A stretch of DNA of 57,689 nucleotides, filler included, from Sphacelaria rigidula (taxonomy: Eukaryota): NCBI GenBank assembly GCA_964200075.2. It is 4 parts of 4 records of this genome, joined end to end, with 100 filler letters (N's around TTAATTAATTAA, not from the genome) between each part and the next. Parts side by side here need not be neighbours in the genome. Positions count along the whole stretch, not along the records: positions 28,900 to 43,246 come from CAXNAA020002302.1; positions 43,347 to 57,689 come from CAXNAA020002303.1; 2 more parts are not named here. One strand, 5' to 3'. Below are positions 36,850 through 49,289 of the stretch, one piece after another. Position numbers and translations under genes: made by a program. Below the pieces are notes generated by a model. It had not been told where the DNA came from, made no database searches, and saw only the letters and a list, made by a program, of their open reading frames with translations. Within the stretch, counting starts at the first letter, position 1. Every line of letters begins with the position of its first letter.

Positions 36850-39800
36850 GTGAGAAAAGAAAGCCTGTCGGCTGCGAATATTACTCGTGAGGACCCGAAA
36901 AATTGTTTTGAGTCCATCTGTCCATCACAAGCGTTTGTGCCTTGATTATGACTGGGCGTTCAGATATTTTTCTCTTTGAATTCGCTACGCGTTTCCCGAA
37001 CCTAGATTGGACCGTAATCAGATTTCGTTTTCGTCGAAATGGAAAATCGGCACACAGTGCATAAAAATCAATCGCAAATACATTTGGGGAGACAGTTCAT
37101 GCATATCTCGAGACATGAAGCATCGTCGAGATCAACAAGAGCCTTAACATAGCCGCATGGAACCGCCACGAATACCGTGCCGTTGGGCAGAGTGAGTTGG
37201 CACTCGACGAAGAATGCGGTCCGTGGTGCTGACGGTTTGTACATTCATTTGTTTCGCTACTGGGATTATCGCACGAAGTCATGCTTCACGGAGATTGGAT
37301 CTTTGGTTGTTCCGGTGTTTCGCCGGCGATCGCATCACCTCAGGTACCATCCCCCTCCAAAAACAATTTATGGCAAAGTCAACGAACTTGATCAAGCCTG
37401 TAATCACCAATATAAGGAAACACATGCATAACGAATATGTGAAGGCATCTCCTTAACGAACTCCGACACCATTACATCGCCTTTTGCGCACACGTTGGCC
37501 ATGGATGTCTCTTCAGACGCATCAGCACCAGACAGATATCGGTGTTTACACCAGCCCGGAAGGTAGTTTCCATTCTAGGCTTCGACGACGCTATCGAACA
37601 TGACTAGCTGTGCGAACGCCAGCGCGATGCCCTCGCACACGCGAGTCGCACTGGCATCAGTCTAACAGTCTCAACAGTCTCCGTTTGAGGCCAAAACAAT
37701 CGTACCGCCATCATTTTGTGTCATTTTGTGTCCGTTAGAGGTGGTCACATGCGACCTGGCACAAAATCACCCATCTGTATCACTGCCTGTGTATCCACGC
37801 GAGTGGGTCTCAGGTTTCCTCTTCCTCTGTTCCTCATTCGGTTGAGGGATGTCTCTTTTGAATCCTACACATCACCTTTCCACGGCCTGTGTTGTTGGGT
37901 TGCTCCTTCTTGGCAATTTCCGCCTGCTGTTCCGGAGCTCTACGAATTTTTGTCACACCGTTCCAATATTTTATTTTCACATGGGGGTCCGACATGCTTT
38001 CTTAGTAGATTTTGTTCCTGCTCCGAATCCCGGTGGTTAAATATTAACTTGAATTTTGTGCAGAAATACCACATTCGAATTTTTATAGGGCTCATGGTCT
38101 CCGGCGATCGACCAGCTAGTGTTCAGCGTTTACGGCAGGCGGTTTGACTCAAATCTGCCCCTGAATAAAGAAACGTTTCGCAGAGCACTGTATCCATTCC
38201 CCTTGTCCGAGGATTCTCGGTCTGACTTGGGTTGGGGTTAGAGGTGGGGTTAGGCTTCACCTCACCACGTGACCACAAGAAAGTGTGTGTACCGATCGGC
38301 TTTTGAAGCGGAACTGGGACACAGCCGTCTCGCGTTGTCGGAGCTCTGAGCGCTCAGTGTCTTTTTTTACTTCATGTGTCCACTCTCCATTTCTTCCGAT
38401 GAAGTTTTCTCCCCGCTCTTCTAGAAGAATCTGTTTTAGCACATCCTTCCGTGGCGATGTTGAAAATATTTGTTCCCGCCTCGCTCGTGTAAGGGTTTAA
38501 GGGTTGCTTTTCGTTCTTTTAATCATGTCCCAGACACTGACGTTTGTTTCCCCGTCGGGTACTTGTGTGTCTCCGAAATTTTCCCGAGAAATCGTGACGA
38601 TAAATACTTTAATCGGAAGCCGAGATCGATAATATACAGGGTGCTATGTTTAGCTCTTTGTGACATTTCCATATTCCATTGCTCGATGGCTGTTGCGGAT
38701 GGTTGTCGCAGTGTGTTGTAAGGCGCTATCGATCTTGCCTTGCCTCTATGAGAAGTGTCTCCCTCTCTAAGACGCACCTGCACTGTGTTTGCTGTCGACG
38801 TGTTGCTGGTGGGTGCGTCGAACGGTGTCTTCTCTTCGAGGTGGCGTGAGGCAGCTGTTTAAGCAGTCTGTCTCTTCTGCCGTTTTTTGGTATTGAGCAC
38901 GTGGTCGTTAGCCTTTTACGCATCTAGATACATAGTTTTTACACTGACGCTGCTCGACAATCCTGCATAAGGCACTTGCGCACCCATTACCCTGTTTTTC
39001 GTCACCACAGATGGACTGACGTCGCTCCCGCTGAACGCTGCGGCGTCAGCCGCCAATAATTAGCTTGTTTATGTTCATTTTTATGTGAGGTTTGCGACTC
39101 AATTTTGAATTCAGCCTTTCGGTACTGAGCACCTCTAGGGTGTCGATTTCGTAATGATACCTTCTCCGTGCGAATTTGGTTAATATTTTCCTATTTTCTA
39201 TTCTTACATTTCCGCCCACAATACGGTATTATCATACCGATGCACGCGCGGAAGGTTCGCAAATGGTTGCATGCTTGACCACCTAGGGATGTGTATTGGT
39301 CGGTTTCGTCTTTAGGCCGCTTCGTACGGTCCGGAAAACGGATTTCTGTTCAGAAGATGCCTTTTTCACCTTCCGCGACGCTTTTTGCCCGAGAAAAGGG
39401 CTAGGAAAAATTGGCCTCTGAATGATTTGATCTCTTATCCGAGGGGATTCCAGCACATTTTGCGTGTTCCGGTGCACGGAGTTTGACCTTGAAGCTGGCC
39501 GGGGAATTCCGCGCAAACTGTAAAAAATGCGATCTGGGCGGAAACATGTAAAAAAATCGAAGTGATTCTGGTCTGGTCGTCTGTGATCGCTTTCCCCTAA
39601 AATTGCAAGTTTGGCCACAACAACTGCTGCAGCCACCGGCAAACGCGAAGGTGCTCTGGAACCATGTCATGGAGTATAGCGAGTCATTCAGAAAATATTC
39701 AGGTGTCCAGGTGCCGAGATTTATCTAGCCCTGTTTTACGGCGTCATATGATGGAGAAGGACCGAAGGGTCAGTTTTCCAGTAGATTTCGTTTTCGGAAC

Positions 39801-40690
39801 GTAAGAAGTGGCCTTGCAGATATATTCTTGACCGGCGCAGCCGGAATATCGGATAACTCCCATGGGGCAAGGAAAATGCGTTATTTCGCTTTGTCATCTT
39901 CGGCATGGAGTTTTTTTTTATTTATCCTTTTGACGGCAGCGGTGCTACCACACTAAAGTTTCCTTTTGCCGATAAAAATCAGTGAGAACCGAGATCGTTG
40001 GCGCGCTTGAAGAAAACCACTTTTGGATTCACCTTCTTCTGCTCAACACCATTGCTCAAGTGTGCAGTCGTAGCTCTTGAGCGACATCGCCTAGGATTAG
40101 GGGCTAACCTTGAATGGTTTGTAGATGGGACGATTGGGCGCACAGCGGACAATTCCATCGGTGCAAGAGAACCGATTTGCTTCGCTCCAAGTTTTGTTCA
40201 TGGCACCTCCCACCGGCGCTTGAGCCCCGTTTCCCGTAGCACCATTTTACTTGGTACTATGACTCTCTTCAGGATGGATCTCCATATGCTCGAGGATTCA
40301 GGGCCTGCCTTCTGTGGGAGGGTGGGGCTGGGTTCGGTTGGGAACTATACCATGTGAGGTTGGGTCAGTTGGATGATTAACAGTCCAAGTAGGGACCACT
40401 TTGTAGATATACAGCATTCTCGAGAGTAGTCAATAATGCAACTGTGAGATCAACGATCTTTCTATTGACAACAGACCGTGTTTCGACGTGATGCTTCCCA
40501 CGGAGTCATGCTCTACATCTGTGCGTTCTTTTCAAGTATGGTTTTCCGTTTCTTTGCGTGGTGACGACTTAATAAATCAGAGATATTGCTGATTTGTTGC
40601 TCATAGTTGCCCCGTCCGCGCTGTTCGTGCTGGAACAAGAGAAATCTCGTATCGTATTCATTGTTGTTGTGCCGTGGCTTGTGCTCTCAG

Positions 40691-40768
40691 GTGAAACAGT
40701 TGGGCGAGTTGGGGTTGATGGGCGTTGCAATCGGCGAGGACAACGGGGGCACAGGCCTGGACTATCTC
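40691..40768 (+). CDS. ACADS: ACADS exon (VKQLGELGLMGVAIGEDNGGTGLDYL)
   Basis: 'G.LGL.....E..GG.GLDYL' motif. ctcag acceptor, CTC|gtgagc donor. Confidence 0.92.
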
Positions 40769-41619
40769 GTGAGCATTTGACTTCACTGCCGAGTGTTATA
40801 CCACGCTGTCTGTTGAATACTTTCTACTTGAGGGTATTTTTTGTTTGTGACACTGGAAGACATGGATTGCTGCTTTGTCATATATAATTATTTTTCGTTT
40901 GAAGAGCCACCCGTTTTGTCCCAAAGAGGTTCGATATTGTGCTCGTCTCGAATCTTGCAAAAGTGAGACGATAAAGGTGGTCACCATGTCAGTTTTCCAT
41001 TTTTTCCAGCAAGGGAAATCCATGTTCATCACACCGCCTTGCCGTTTGATCATGGCAAGACATCGTGTCTACTGCCTCGTGGCGCGTTGAAGCCAGGCAG
41101 GCTTGAAAACCAAGAAAGTGAATAAAGTTTAACAGTCGCTCGCATGCCTACTACGATATATTTCGTACCAAAAGCTGAATCCACATGCACTTGCACGTGT
41201 CTCCAAGAGAAAATCTTCACTACGTGATACATTCCATCCTCACGTTGTAGATCAACTGCTGAATGGCGTTCCGGGGTGGTAAGGTTGCAGCTATCTTTGG
41301 AACCATACGGGTATCTACATCACAGGTACCTGCAAAACTTAATCGGAGACACACCCCTTCCTCCCCCACCCTAAAATGCACCACAGCGTGTATTCACCGT
41401 GTTCTATTGTATCGTCATGCAACGTACCACGGGTGCCTGCGAAATTTCCATCAGCAATACGCACGTTGGCCCACAATGAAGCAAGGAGGGAGATGCAAAA
41501 GGCTCCCCTGCTTCATCCTTCGCCAAGGCATTTATGAAAAGCTGAACTCCGCTACGAAGTGGCCCTCGCTGGTTTGTTGATGATTTTGAGCCATTTCATT
41601 GTTTGTTGATTTTCTTCAG

Positions 41620-41691
41620 GCGTACGCGATTGCAATGGAAGAGATTAGCCGGGGATGCGCGTCTACGGGGGTGATTATGAGTGTCAACAAT
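41620..41691 (+). CDS. ACADS: ACADS exon ([24 protein letters not shown])
   Basis: Essentially identical to the ACADS signature. AG/GT boundaries. Confidence 0.95.
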
Positions 41692-42456
41692 GTGAGTCAT
41701 GATCCACAACATACTATTCTCGGTTGCGACGTGGCTACTGTGACGAGATTTGTCGACTCAGCGAACGCATACATAAGTAGCTGCACCGATTTTACTTTGG
41801 CCTTGATATCACTCTTTTGCTTCGGCACGCGGGTGGACGTATACTTTTAGTTTAGTATTGCGACCGAAACCGCAAACATCAGTAAATTTGGCTATACCTC
41901 AGTAGCTGCAAGGGCTGCTTTTGTCATGTATTCCGCGGACGAACCTGAGAGAAGTACGGCCATGAAAACTGAATGATTGCGAGTATCTTCACGACTCTGA
42001 ATTTTGAATTTGCCGGGCGGGAATATGTCCAGGTGTAGTTGAAGTTGCACATGGAGTAGAATGAGTAAGTCATAGCAGCGCTTGGGCCATAAGTGCACAG
42101 CAACATCGCTTGTTTTTCTGTACGAGCCGCCGACGTGCTCAAGTACGCCAACGTACTCGTGTCGATTGAGAACGCACCGCCTTCACCGGGACAGTGATAC
42201 TGTGTGTAGTGCAACGCGAACCGTGAGCTGCGAGCTGCGATAAGTAGTTTCCCGTGCAGCCTTCTTCCACATGTTCATCATACCATGATATTGGTGCTGA
42301 ATGGCCTCATTGTTTTGTTGCTTCAGCATCGACGGCTTTTCAAGTCGGGCATGGGTAGTGTCGCTGCTGCTTACAATCTTTCATGGTCATGTCTCCATTT
42401 TTAGCGGTATCGTGCTCGTGTGTTTCCCCGCCGTCTGACTTGATATTCTTGGGCAG

Positions 42457-42586
42457 TCGTTGTATTGTGCCCCCTTGGAGAAATTTGGAAGCCCTGAGCA
42501 GAAGGAGGAGCACTTGGTCCCCTTTGCCTCGGGTGCGAAGTTGGGCTGCTTTGCGTTGTCGGAGCCTGGAAATGGTAGCGATGCAG
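42457..42586 (+). CDS. ACADS: ACADS exon ([43 protein letters not shown]); gene continues beyond contig
   Basis: '[15 protein letters not shown]' acyl-CoA dehydrogenase signature. Confidence 0.95.
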
Positions 42587-42624
42587 GTATTGCTGACACG
42601 ATCAATGCAGACAAGAGCGGTAAT

Positions 42625-42728
42625 GGTACTGGTGGTAGTAGTAGTAGTAGCAGTAGTACTAGTACTAGTACTAGTACTAGTACTAGCTGTAGTAGTGGTA
42701 GTAGTAGTAGTAGCTACTACTACTAGTA
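42625..42728 (+). repeat. (TAG)/(TAGTAC)n microsatellite
   Basis: Direct observation, intronic. Confidence 0.9.
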
Positions 42729-43246
42729 TATCTTGAGGTTTACGGTGTGCTCAGTTCTTAAGCGCAGCCTTCGTGGCGAAAAAAATGCGCATGGTCAGTA
42801 CTCATACACGCGAAAATCGAGAGTCGACAGTCTACCAATCACTGAACGGTGCAATGTGTCTTCTCTCCGCTCTTACACCGATGCTATTGCGTCATTCTTT
42901 TTCTGTGAACCTTTCTACTCGAGTTAGCGCGTACATCCGTTTATGCTCCCCAGTACGTTTTTCCTGTGATCACGATTGGATTCATTGCACGCTCGTTACA
43001 TGTAAGGCACTCAACCAAACAATCAATCACACTTGGTCAATCGATAACTATAGTACTGGGCGCCTTGACTATTTTTTGTTCAGATGGGTTTTTCTCGCTA
43101 CTACTCTCCGACGGAACTCGAAAGTGCAAGCGTCAGTAAATTTTGGCAAAATGAACAGATCGCCTTCCCCCCCCCACAAATGAGTACGCCCCCCCCCCCC
43201 CCCCCCCAGTGCCCGAGTTTGTGTTAGTTGGTTTTATCGGGCGATA

Positions 43247-43346
43247 NNNNNNNNNNNNNNNNNNNNNNNNNNNNNNNNNNNNNNNNNNNNTTAATTAATT
43301 AANNNNNNNNNNNNNNNNNNNNNNNNNNNNNNNNNNNNNNNNNNNN
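43247..43346. other. Artificial contig-joining spacer
   Basis: Same N44-TTAATTAATTAA-N44 structure. Confidence 0.97.
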
Positions 43347-43419
43347 CCCTCCCCCCCACCCCCTCAGAAAGCAAACCGTAAGAAACGGTTTTATTTTGGT
43401 ATTTTACGGGGCTCTTTAC

Positions 43420-43820
43420 GGCACACGTCACTCGTATGTTACACGTCACAAACGTCACGTCACAAAGATGTGACTTCACGTGACGTATGTTTTTTGAAGA
43501 CATCATTAATGTGACGTGACGTACCGGTAAAAATATGTGACGTGACGTGAGGTTTCATTTCTCAAGACGTCACAAATATTGCGTGACGTGACGTTTATTT
43601 TATAAACGTCACATTAGAGTATTTTGAAACGTTCATTGTAACTTGTAACGTATTATATACGCCACTCCCCGTTTGCTTGTACGTTACACGTATTTGATGT
43701 CTGAATAAACGTCACAAGCGTTTATTGTGACGTCTGAATGAAAGTCACAAACGTCGCACGCTTAACTCCTGCCACAATGTGACGTGGCGTATAATTTTTC
43801 AAGACATCACAAATGTGTGG
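43420..43820. repeat. Dense TGACGT/ACGTCA repeat block (MITE-like subterminal repeats)
   Basis: About 20 copies of gtgacgt/acgtcac in both orientations. Confidence 0.7.
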
Positions 43821-43955
43821 CGGGTTCGTGCCACGGTTGAGATGGTCAGATGAAATGCCCTCGATTGCTCCGTAATATTTCAGTGGTTGAAAATCCCATA
43901 CGCGTGTGCCCACGTGGGTTGTTTGTGTTTGTGGTGTCGCTCCATTTCTCCACAG

Positions 43956-44106
43956 ATCCAGGCGAGATGCAGCGAGGATGTGCGCCTCGGAGGTTTCACT
44001 TAGGCCCGCGCCGATGTCAGACATCGACCCGGTGGCGGCAGCGCTCACCCCCATCGGCTTGGCCGCAACGACAACAGCTGCGGGATCATGGCAACCTTCG
44101 CGCCAG
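43956..44106 (+). CDS. Unknown protein, internal exon A (RRDAARMCASEVSLRPAPMSDIDPVAAALTPIGLAATTTAAGSWQPSRQ); probable GC donor
   Basis: Pyrimidine-rich cacag acceptor (alternative at 43961), GC-rich frame, CAG|GCGAGA phase 0 matching exon B. Confidence 0.5.
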
Positions 44107-44419
44107 GCGAGAAACCTTTGAGAAAATTACACACGAAATAAAAACCAGAAACAGACTCGTTTTGCGGTGAAGCGGGGGCGGGGGTGGTTGGTGACTTGTG
44201 ACATGGTGTAGTGCCGGTAGTGGTGAGATCCTTCGAGATATACATACCTGCGTGTGCGGTATGTCAGCTGCGCGAGTAATTTTGGTCAACGCATCCCGTG
44301 GTGCTTGTTATCTATCCATCTCGATGCCGTGCTGCGCTGTGCTGCGCTGTTTTGTGCCGCACTGTGCCGTACTGTGGATATTGTTCGACGGGTGTCCAGG
44401 TCGGGGTACGGCATGTATA

Positions 44420-45270
44420 CAAGCTGGGCCAGCCGAGAAGCGATTCTGCAGTTTGCAGGCCCATTATACGGCCAATACTTGGAGTTGGTCCCTGAAATTT
44501 GGTATGGATAATGAGTAGGGCATAATAGAAAAAATAAACTGGCGCACACAAGTCTTTTCCCCCCATCAGTTAGGGGCATTTTACCGATATCTGAAAACTG
44601 ATTATTGCCCTTAACTCATAAAAAAAAAAGAACTTGCGTGCGCCAGTAATTTTTTTTATTATGCCCAACTCATTTTCCATACCAAATTTCAGGGTCCAAC
44701 TTCAAGTATTGGCCATATAATGGGCCGTTTAGTGACAGGGTCAGAGGAAATTCGTAACCGTATTTTGCAGGCCATTTACCGGCCCACCTTTGGTGTTTGT
44801 GTATTGAAATCTTGTGTGGGCGCTCTCTAAGGCATAACTAACAAAAGAACGTGGGTCAGGTTGATTTTTTCAATTTTTTCCACTGGCAAAGGGCGTTCTA
44901 CTATGGTCAAGACCATATTTCACGAGAAGGCCCTAACCTCTGTGAAAATGAAATAAAATGGAAGGCTCATTTTTTTTTATATTCGGCACTCTTTTGTGGT
45001 GCTCCACACCAAAATTCGTCGCCATCCGCTAAATACACCGATCGGGAGTTTCACAGAGATTTTAGTATTGGCGCTATCTCCCCTTAGGTATAGGAATTAC
45101 TAGACATGAGGTTTAATCAATGAGAAAATATGGGCCCGAACGTTTGAGCAGATGGGCACCTTCCCTTTGACTAGACGATTAATATGATAAGCAGATCACG
45201 GCCCAACTCGTCTGTGTCGATGAGATACTGCTTTTAGAGCTTAAATCCATTTTTAGGCTGGCCCAGCTCG
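44420..45270. mobile_element. Non-autonomous Tc1/mariner-type element family E with internal ~100-bp inverted repeat
   Basis: ta-CAAGCTGGGCCAGCC...GGCTGGCCCAGCTCG-ta. Inner IR at ~44458-44555 and 44628-44725. Confidence 0.75.
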
Positions 45271-45962
45271 TAGGGAGTGTCGGTGTTGAAGGTACTGCAC
45301 TCTGGCATAGCATTTTCTCCATCAGTACCCCAGGTCCCCAGGTACTCCAGGGAACCCGTTATTTTCGGCAGTCGGTACCACCGGTACCCTGCGGTACTCG
45401 GTACCGCGAAATACCCGGGAATACCAGGGTACCCGTGTAGAGTACGGTATCCTGCACAAACCGCCGTTGATGGATTTTGCGCAACAAGCCCGGGTTATGC
45501 CCGGACAAGAACAATACTGTAAAAAGGTGTCGACCCCTTCGTTCATCCCGCCGCTCTTCACCCAGCCCTTTGTTGTTAGTTCATGAAAGAAATGATGTTC
45601 TTGTTATCATCCACCCAACCAGAATGCATCTGTTTTTTTCTCTGCGGAAGCATTGACTAATTAAGGAAAAAAAGAAGAAAGAGAAAAAAACATGAAATTT
45701 CGTGTTCGAGCTGCACGTACGTACCTGTCTCTTCTGCGATGACGCCATGTACCCCTATTGTGAAAAGGGTATTCAGGTCTCTACAGAGACGCCCGTGATA
45801 ATTTTGCCCTGTTGAAGGTTCCTCTGCACCATCATTCATATCAAAAAGCTACTTCATTTGTATTGAATCCCCCGTCCGACCCTCTCTCTCCCGCCTTGTT
45901 CTATCCCCACCTCTTTCATCTATGCCTCTGCCAACGTCGATCAACAAACTCTCGGACAACAG

Positions 45963-46225
45963 CAACAGTGGCAGAATTCAAGCGACGAAGGCGGTAGCGG
46001 TGGATCGTCAGGAACCGCAGCCACTGCCGCAGCGAGTGAAGGAGGGGGGGGGGGAGGGGAGGGAGGCCGCGGTATCGTGGGCGGCTTGATGGACTGGGCA
46101 CTGTGGCCGCTCTGGGGCACGGTCGACGCCGTTAAGTGGGCAGGTGCTTCGGTGAATGAGGTGGTCGTGGCTCCCGTCATGCGCTATGCGGGACCCGCGG
46201 CGATCGCCGAGATCCTGTGGGACAG
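45963..46225 (+). CDS. Unknown protein, exon B (QQWQNSSDEGGSGG...GLMDWALWPLWGTVDAVKWAGASVNEVVVAPVMRYAGPAAIAEILWDR)
   Basis: acag acceptor, AG|gtctgt donor (phase 2) matching exon C. Confidence 0.7.
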
Positions 46226-47592
46226 GTCTGTGATGACGGTTTTCTGCTCACTCTCAAGTACTCCATACCGTACGGTATACGAGTATGCCGATCGGTTCAT
46301 TTTCTGTTTTATTTTTGCCCATGTGCTTTTCTGTTTTTTTTCGTTGTTCACTCTCAACAGCTGTATTCATTTATTTTTTATGAAGAAGGGATTCCTCGAT
46401 GGACACTTGTGAGAGTTTTCTCCCTCTGCCTGGTGGCGCACACACACAACCCCCCCGCCCTTGATGTGTAGTGTATGGAAGAATCGTAATGAGCGCCGGA
46501 ACGTTGGAGGTGTCTCTATCAGGAGTAGGGCGGTGCTCCGTCTCGAAAGGGATACGTGGTCAATGGTCAAACGACTGAGGCAAGCAAAACATGAGCACGC
46601 CCCCCCCCCCCTCCCCCCCCAATACCGCCGAAGGCGTCACGTTGCGGTTGGTAAGCAGTGTCAAACACAGCAGCAATCAGCATATTTTATGTACTGTACA
46701 TGGATCCATCGATCAGGGGGGTACCCCCCCCTCCTCAAATAGGGTACCCGGGGTTCCCCCCCACCTTCCCTCCTATGGCCCCAGAATGAGAGTCGGGCGA
46801 ACTGGGGGGTGGTGGTGCCGTCATTTCCCGATGTGGGGCCCCTCGGCCCAGCGTGCAGCTGCTTGACGCTTGACGCTGTCTCCTGTCTGCCCGAGAAACA
46901 GCAGTTTGCAACTTTTAGTCTATGGCATACCGGGAAGCAAGTCGTGTACATCTACTTGAAAACAGGCATGGTAGTGGCTGGGACTATGATAGTGCGGGGC
47001 GACCCAGCGGGAATTTGGCGGGAAGCGGCTCGCGTCTCAGCAACGGCTTGCTGCGGGCCCTTGTGAATGTAGGGCGACGGCGGTAACACGAACACGATAT
47101 ATGCTTCAATGCAACTTTACGCTTCCGTGCAACGAAACATCACCACACCCCGGGTGCGTGCGGCAGACCTTCATTTTCGAGTAGAAGGACCCAGCCGAGA
47201 CTACTGCGGTTTCACCGCCGAAATCCGAGACCGCAACGTCATAAACACCTAAGTAAAATGAATTGAAAGCACCCTGGGCACAGGGCAATCTATCATTGAC
47301 GGAGTCTTTCAATACTTTCGTTTTTCGCCAGTTATTGGGGTTCCGAGGAGAGCATGTGATCCCCCCAAACCCTCCAAGCCCTTGGACCCCCGATAACTGG
47401 CGAGAAGAAAAACTTCGAATGACCCCATCCATTGAATTCTCGTCATGTTCCACGTGTATATGTGCGCAAGGTTTCAGAGTCTCACATAAAGAATCGGCGT
47501 GAACATGTGCAGATATGTGTATTTCGGACGATAAGCGTTCACCAGCTCTTACGTATCTGTCATAATTCAATGTGAATGCACATGAACGACAG

Positions 47593-47911
47593 GTTCGTGG
47601 AATGGACTCCGCAGCGGGCGAGAGATATCGGTCGAATCTACAAGAACGGGGCAATTAACGTGGCGAAGATCTGGAAAACGGCCGAAGGGACCGAGGTATT
47701 GCGGTCGGCGTCGGCTGCTACGAGTTCCTTGGCGATGGCGGTTTCGTCGCCTGCCGGGCGGCAGTTCGTCATGGACTCTGCTACCGGGCTGGTGAAGGTG
47801 GCAGAGGCCATGAACACACCAGAGCTCAAGAACGTCCTGCAGCAGGGCGCTGTGGTTATGGCCAGAGCCGTGGATGCGATGACGACTCATCACACCAAGC
47901 TTTTCCTGCAG
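47593..47911 (+). CDS. Unknown protein, exon C (FVEWTPQRARDIGRIYKNGAINVAKIWKT...HHTKLFLQ)
   Basis: High GC3 codon usage, gacag acceptor, CAG|gtatgt donor. Confidence 0.75.
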
Positions 47912-49289
47912 GTATGTGTGAGTGGACATCGCTGGACAGACGACGGTGACGACAATAGATGACAACATACTTCGCACGGTAGTACTGACGCTGGACAAGG
48001 CGTTCACATTTTGACAAAGATCCCCCCGAAGGTGGACTGGGATAAACTATGCCACATTTGGGGTGCCGAACAGCTTTTTTCTCGCATCACAAACGCCTTT
48101 TTCCATGACCATCTGGATATTGGGCATGATTGATTGATTGGTTGATTGATTGATTGATTGATTGTCGAACTTTAATTGACCCCCCAGGGGTCTAACCGTG
48201 TGTGACGCCAGCCAGAGGAAGGACGGGTGGATCACTGCTGTTGACGGACTCCCCAGTCTCATTGGCCTCAGTTTTAGTTGTCAGTCTTTACAACATCTCA
48301 TATTATCAGGACTAACCTTCCAAGGCACCAGCTTTTCTAGACACGCAGGTACCATCTCCGTGTTCCCGGTCATTATCCAGAATCCTCCCGGATTCCCCGT
48401 GCCCCCAGTCATTATCCATATCATCACTACAAACTCAACACAACGGCATATTTTCGTCACAGCACCCCCCAAGCGCATATATGTAGAAAAACTACCGGAG
48501 GACCCCTGCCCGGGTTTGCCCCTACATTCTGTTGCGTTCAGAGTCAGTATGGGTGCTGTGTGTCTCCGCTGGATACAGCGGCAAGAAGCACTCAGCGTGC
48601 CATCGCTCTCCACAGAGCACAACCTACTGCATGCTGCTGATGCTTCTGCTTAGTGTTCCACAACAACAGCGCAGTGTAAAGCTATGCTCGCGAAGCATTT
48701 TATGTGCTCATATATGCTATGGTTGAATTGTCCTGACCAAGATGAAAAATACGGCTAGATAGCGAAGGAGTCCAGCTGTAGTCCAGCTGTTGGGGAACAA
48801 AGTGGCCATTTGGATTGCCGTGATTGGTCAAAATGGCTATTCCGCTCCTTTCGGGCCTCGTCTCTGGCTTACAATTGTCCCCTGGAATCTTCCAAACACA
48901 CATGGTTGACTTGGGCAGCTTTTCGGCTGTTCGGCGAACAGGTCCCCACCAGCCCCTGTCGTTGGTCAATGGTGAAATGACTAAGGCAAGCAACAAATGG
49001 GTACGCCCCCACCTGTAGAAAACCACCCCCCGCCACCCTGGAAACCCCCCGATGCCCCTGGACTGTCAGCCTGTGAAGCGACGCTCGCGGTCTGAGCGGT
49101 ATGATTACCTCACTGTTCAGCATCGTTTTGATCCATTTTAGGTCAATCAGGTGCACAAGTACCTCGTTTGGTCGCTAGGCCATCTCATGGCATGTCACGT
49201 TATGACTTTCAGCGACCATGTAACACGCGGTTTATCCCATAAACAATGCAATACGTACGAATCGTTCGTTTGTTGTGATTCTATGTAAG

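Noticed and set aside
38229..38254. Telomere-like GGGTTAG repeats (also ~24461-24488)
   Set aside because: Only 2-3 degenerate units, typical of TE-internal motifs.
39284..39990. hAT-like start TAGGGATG
   Set aside because: No matching right TIR or 8-bp TSD found.
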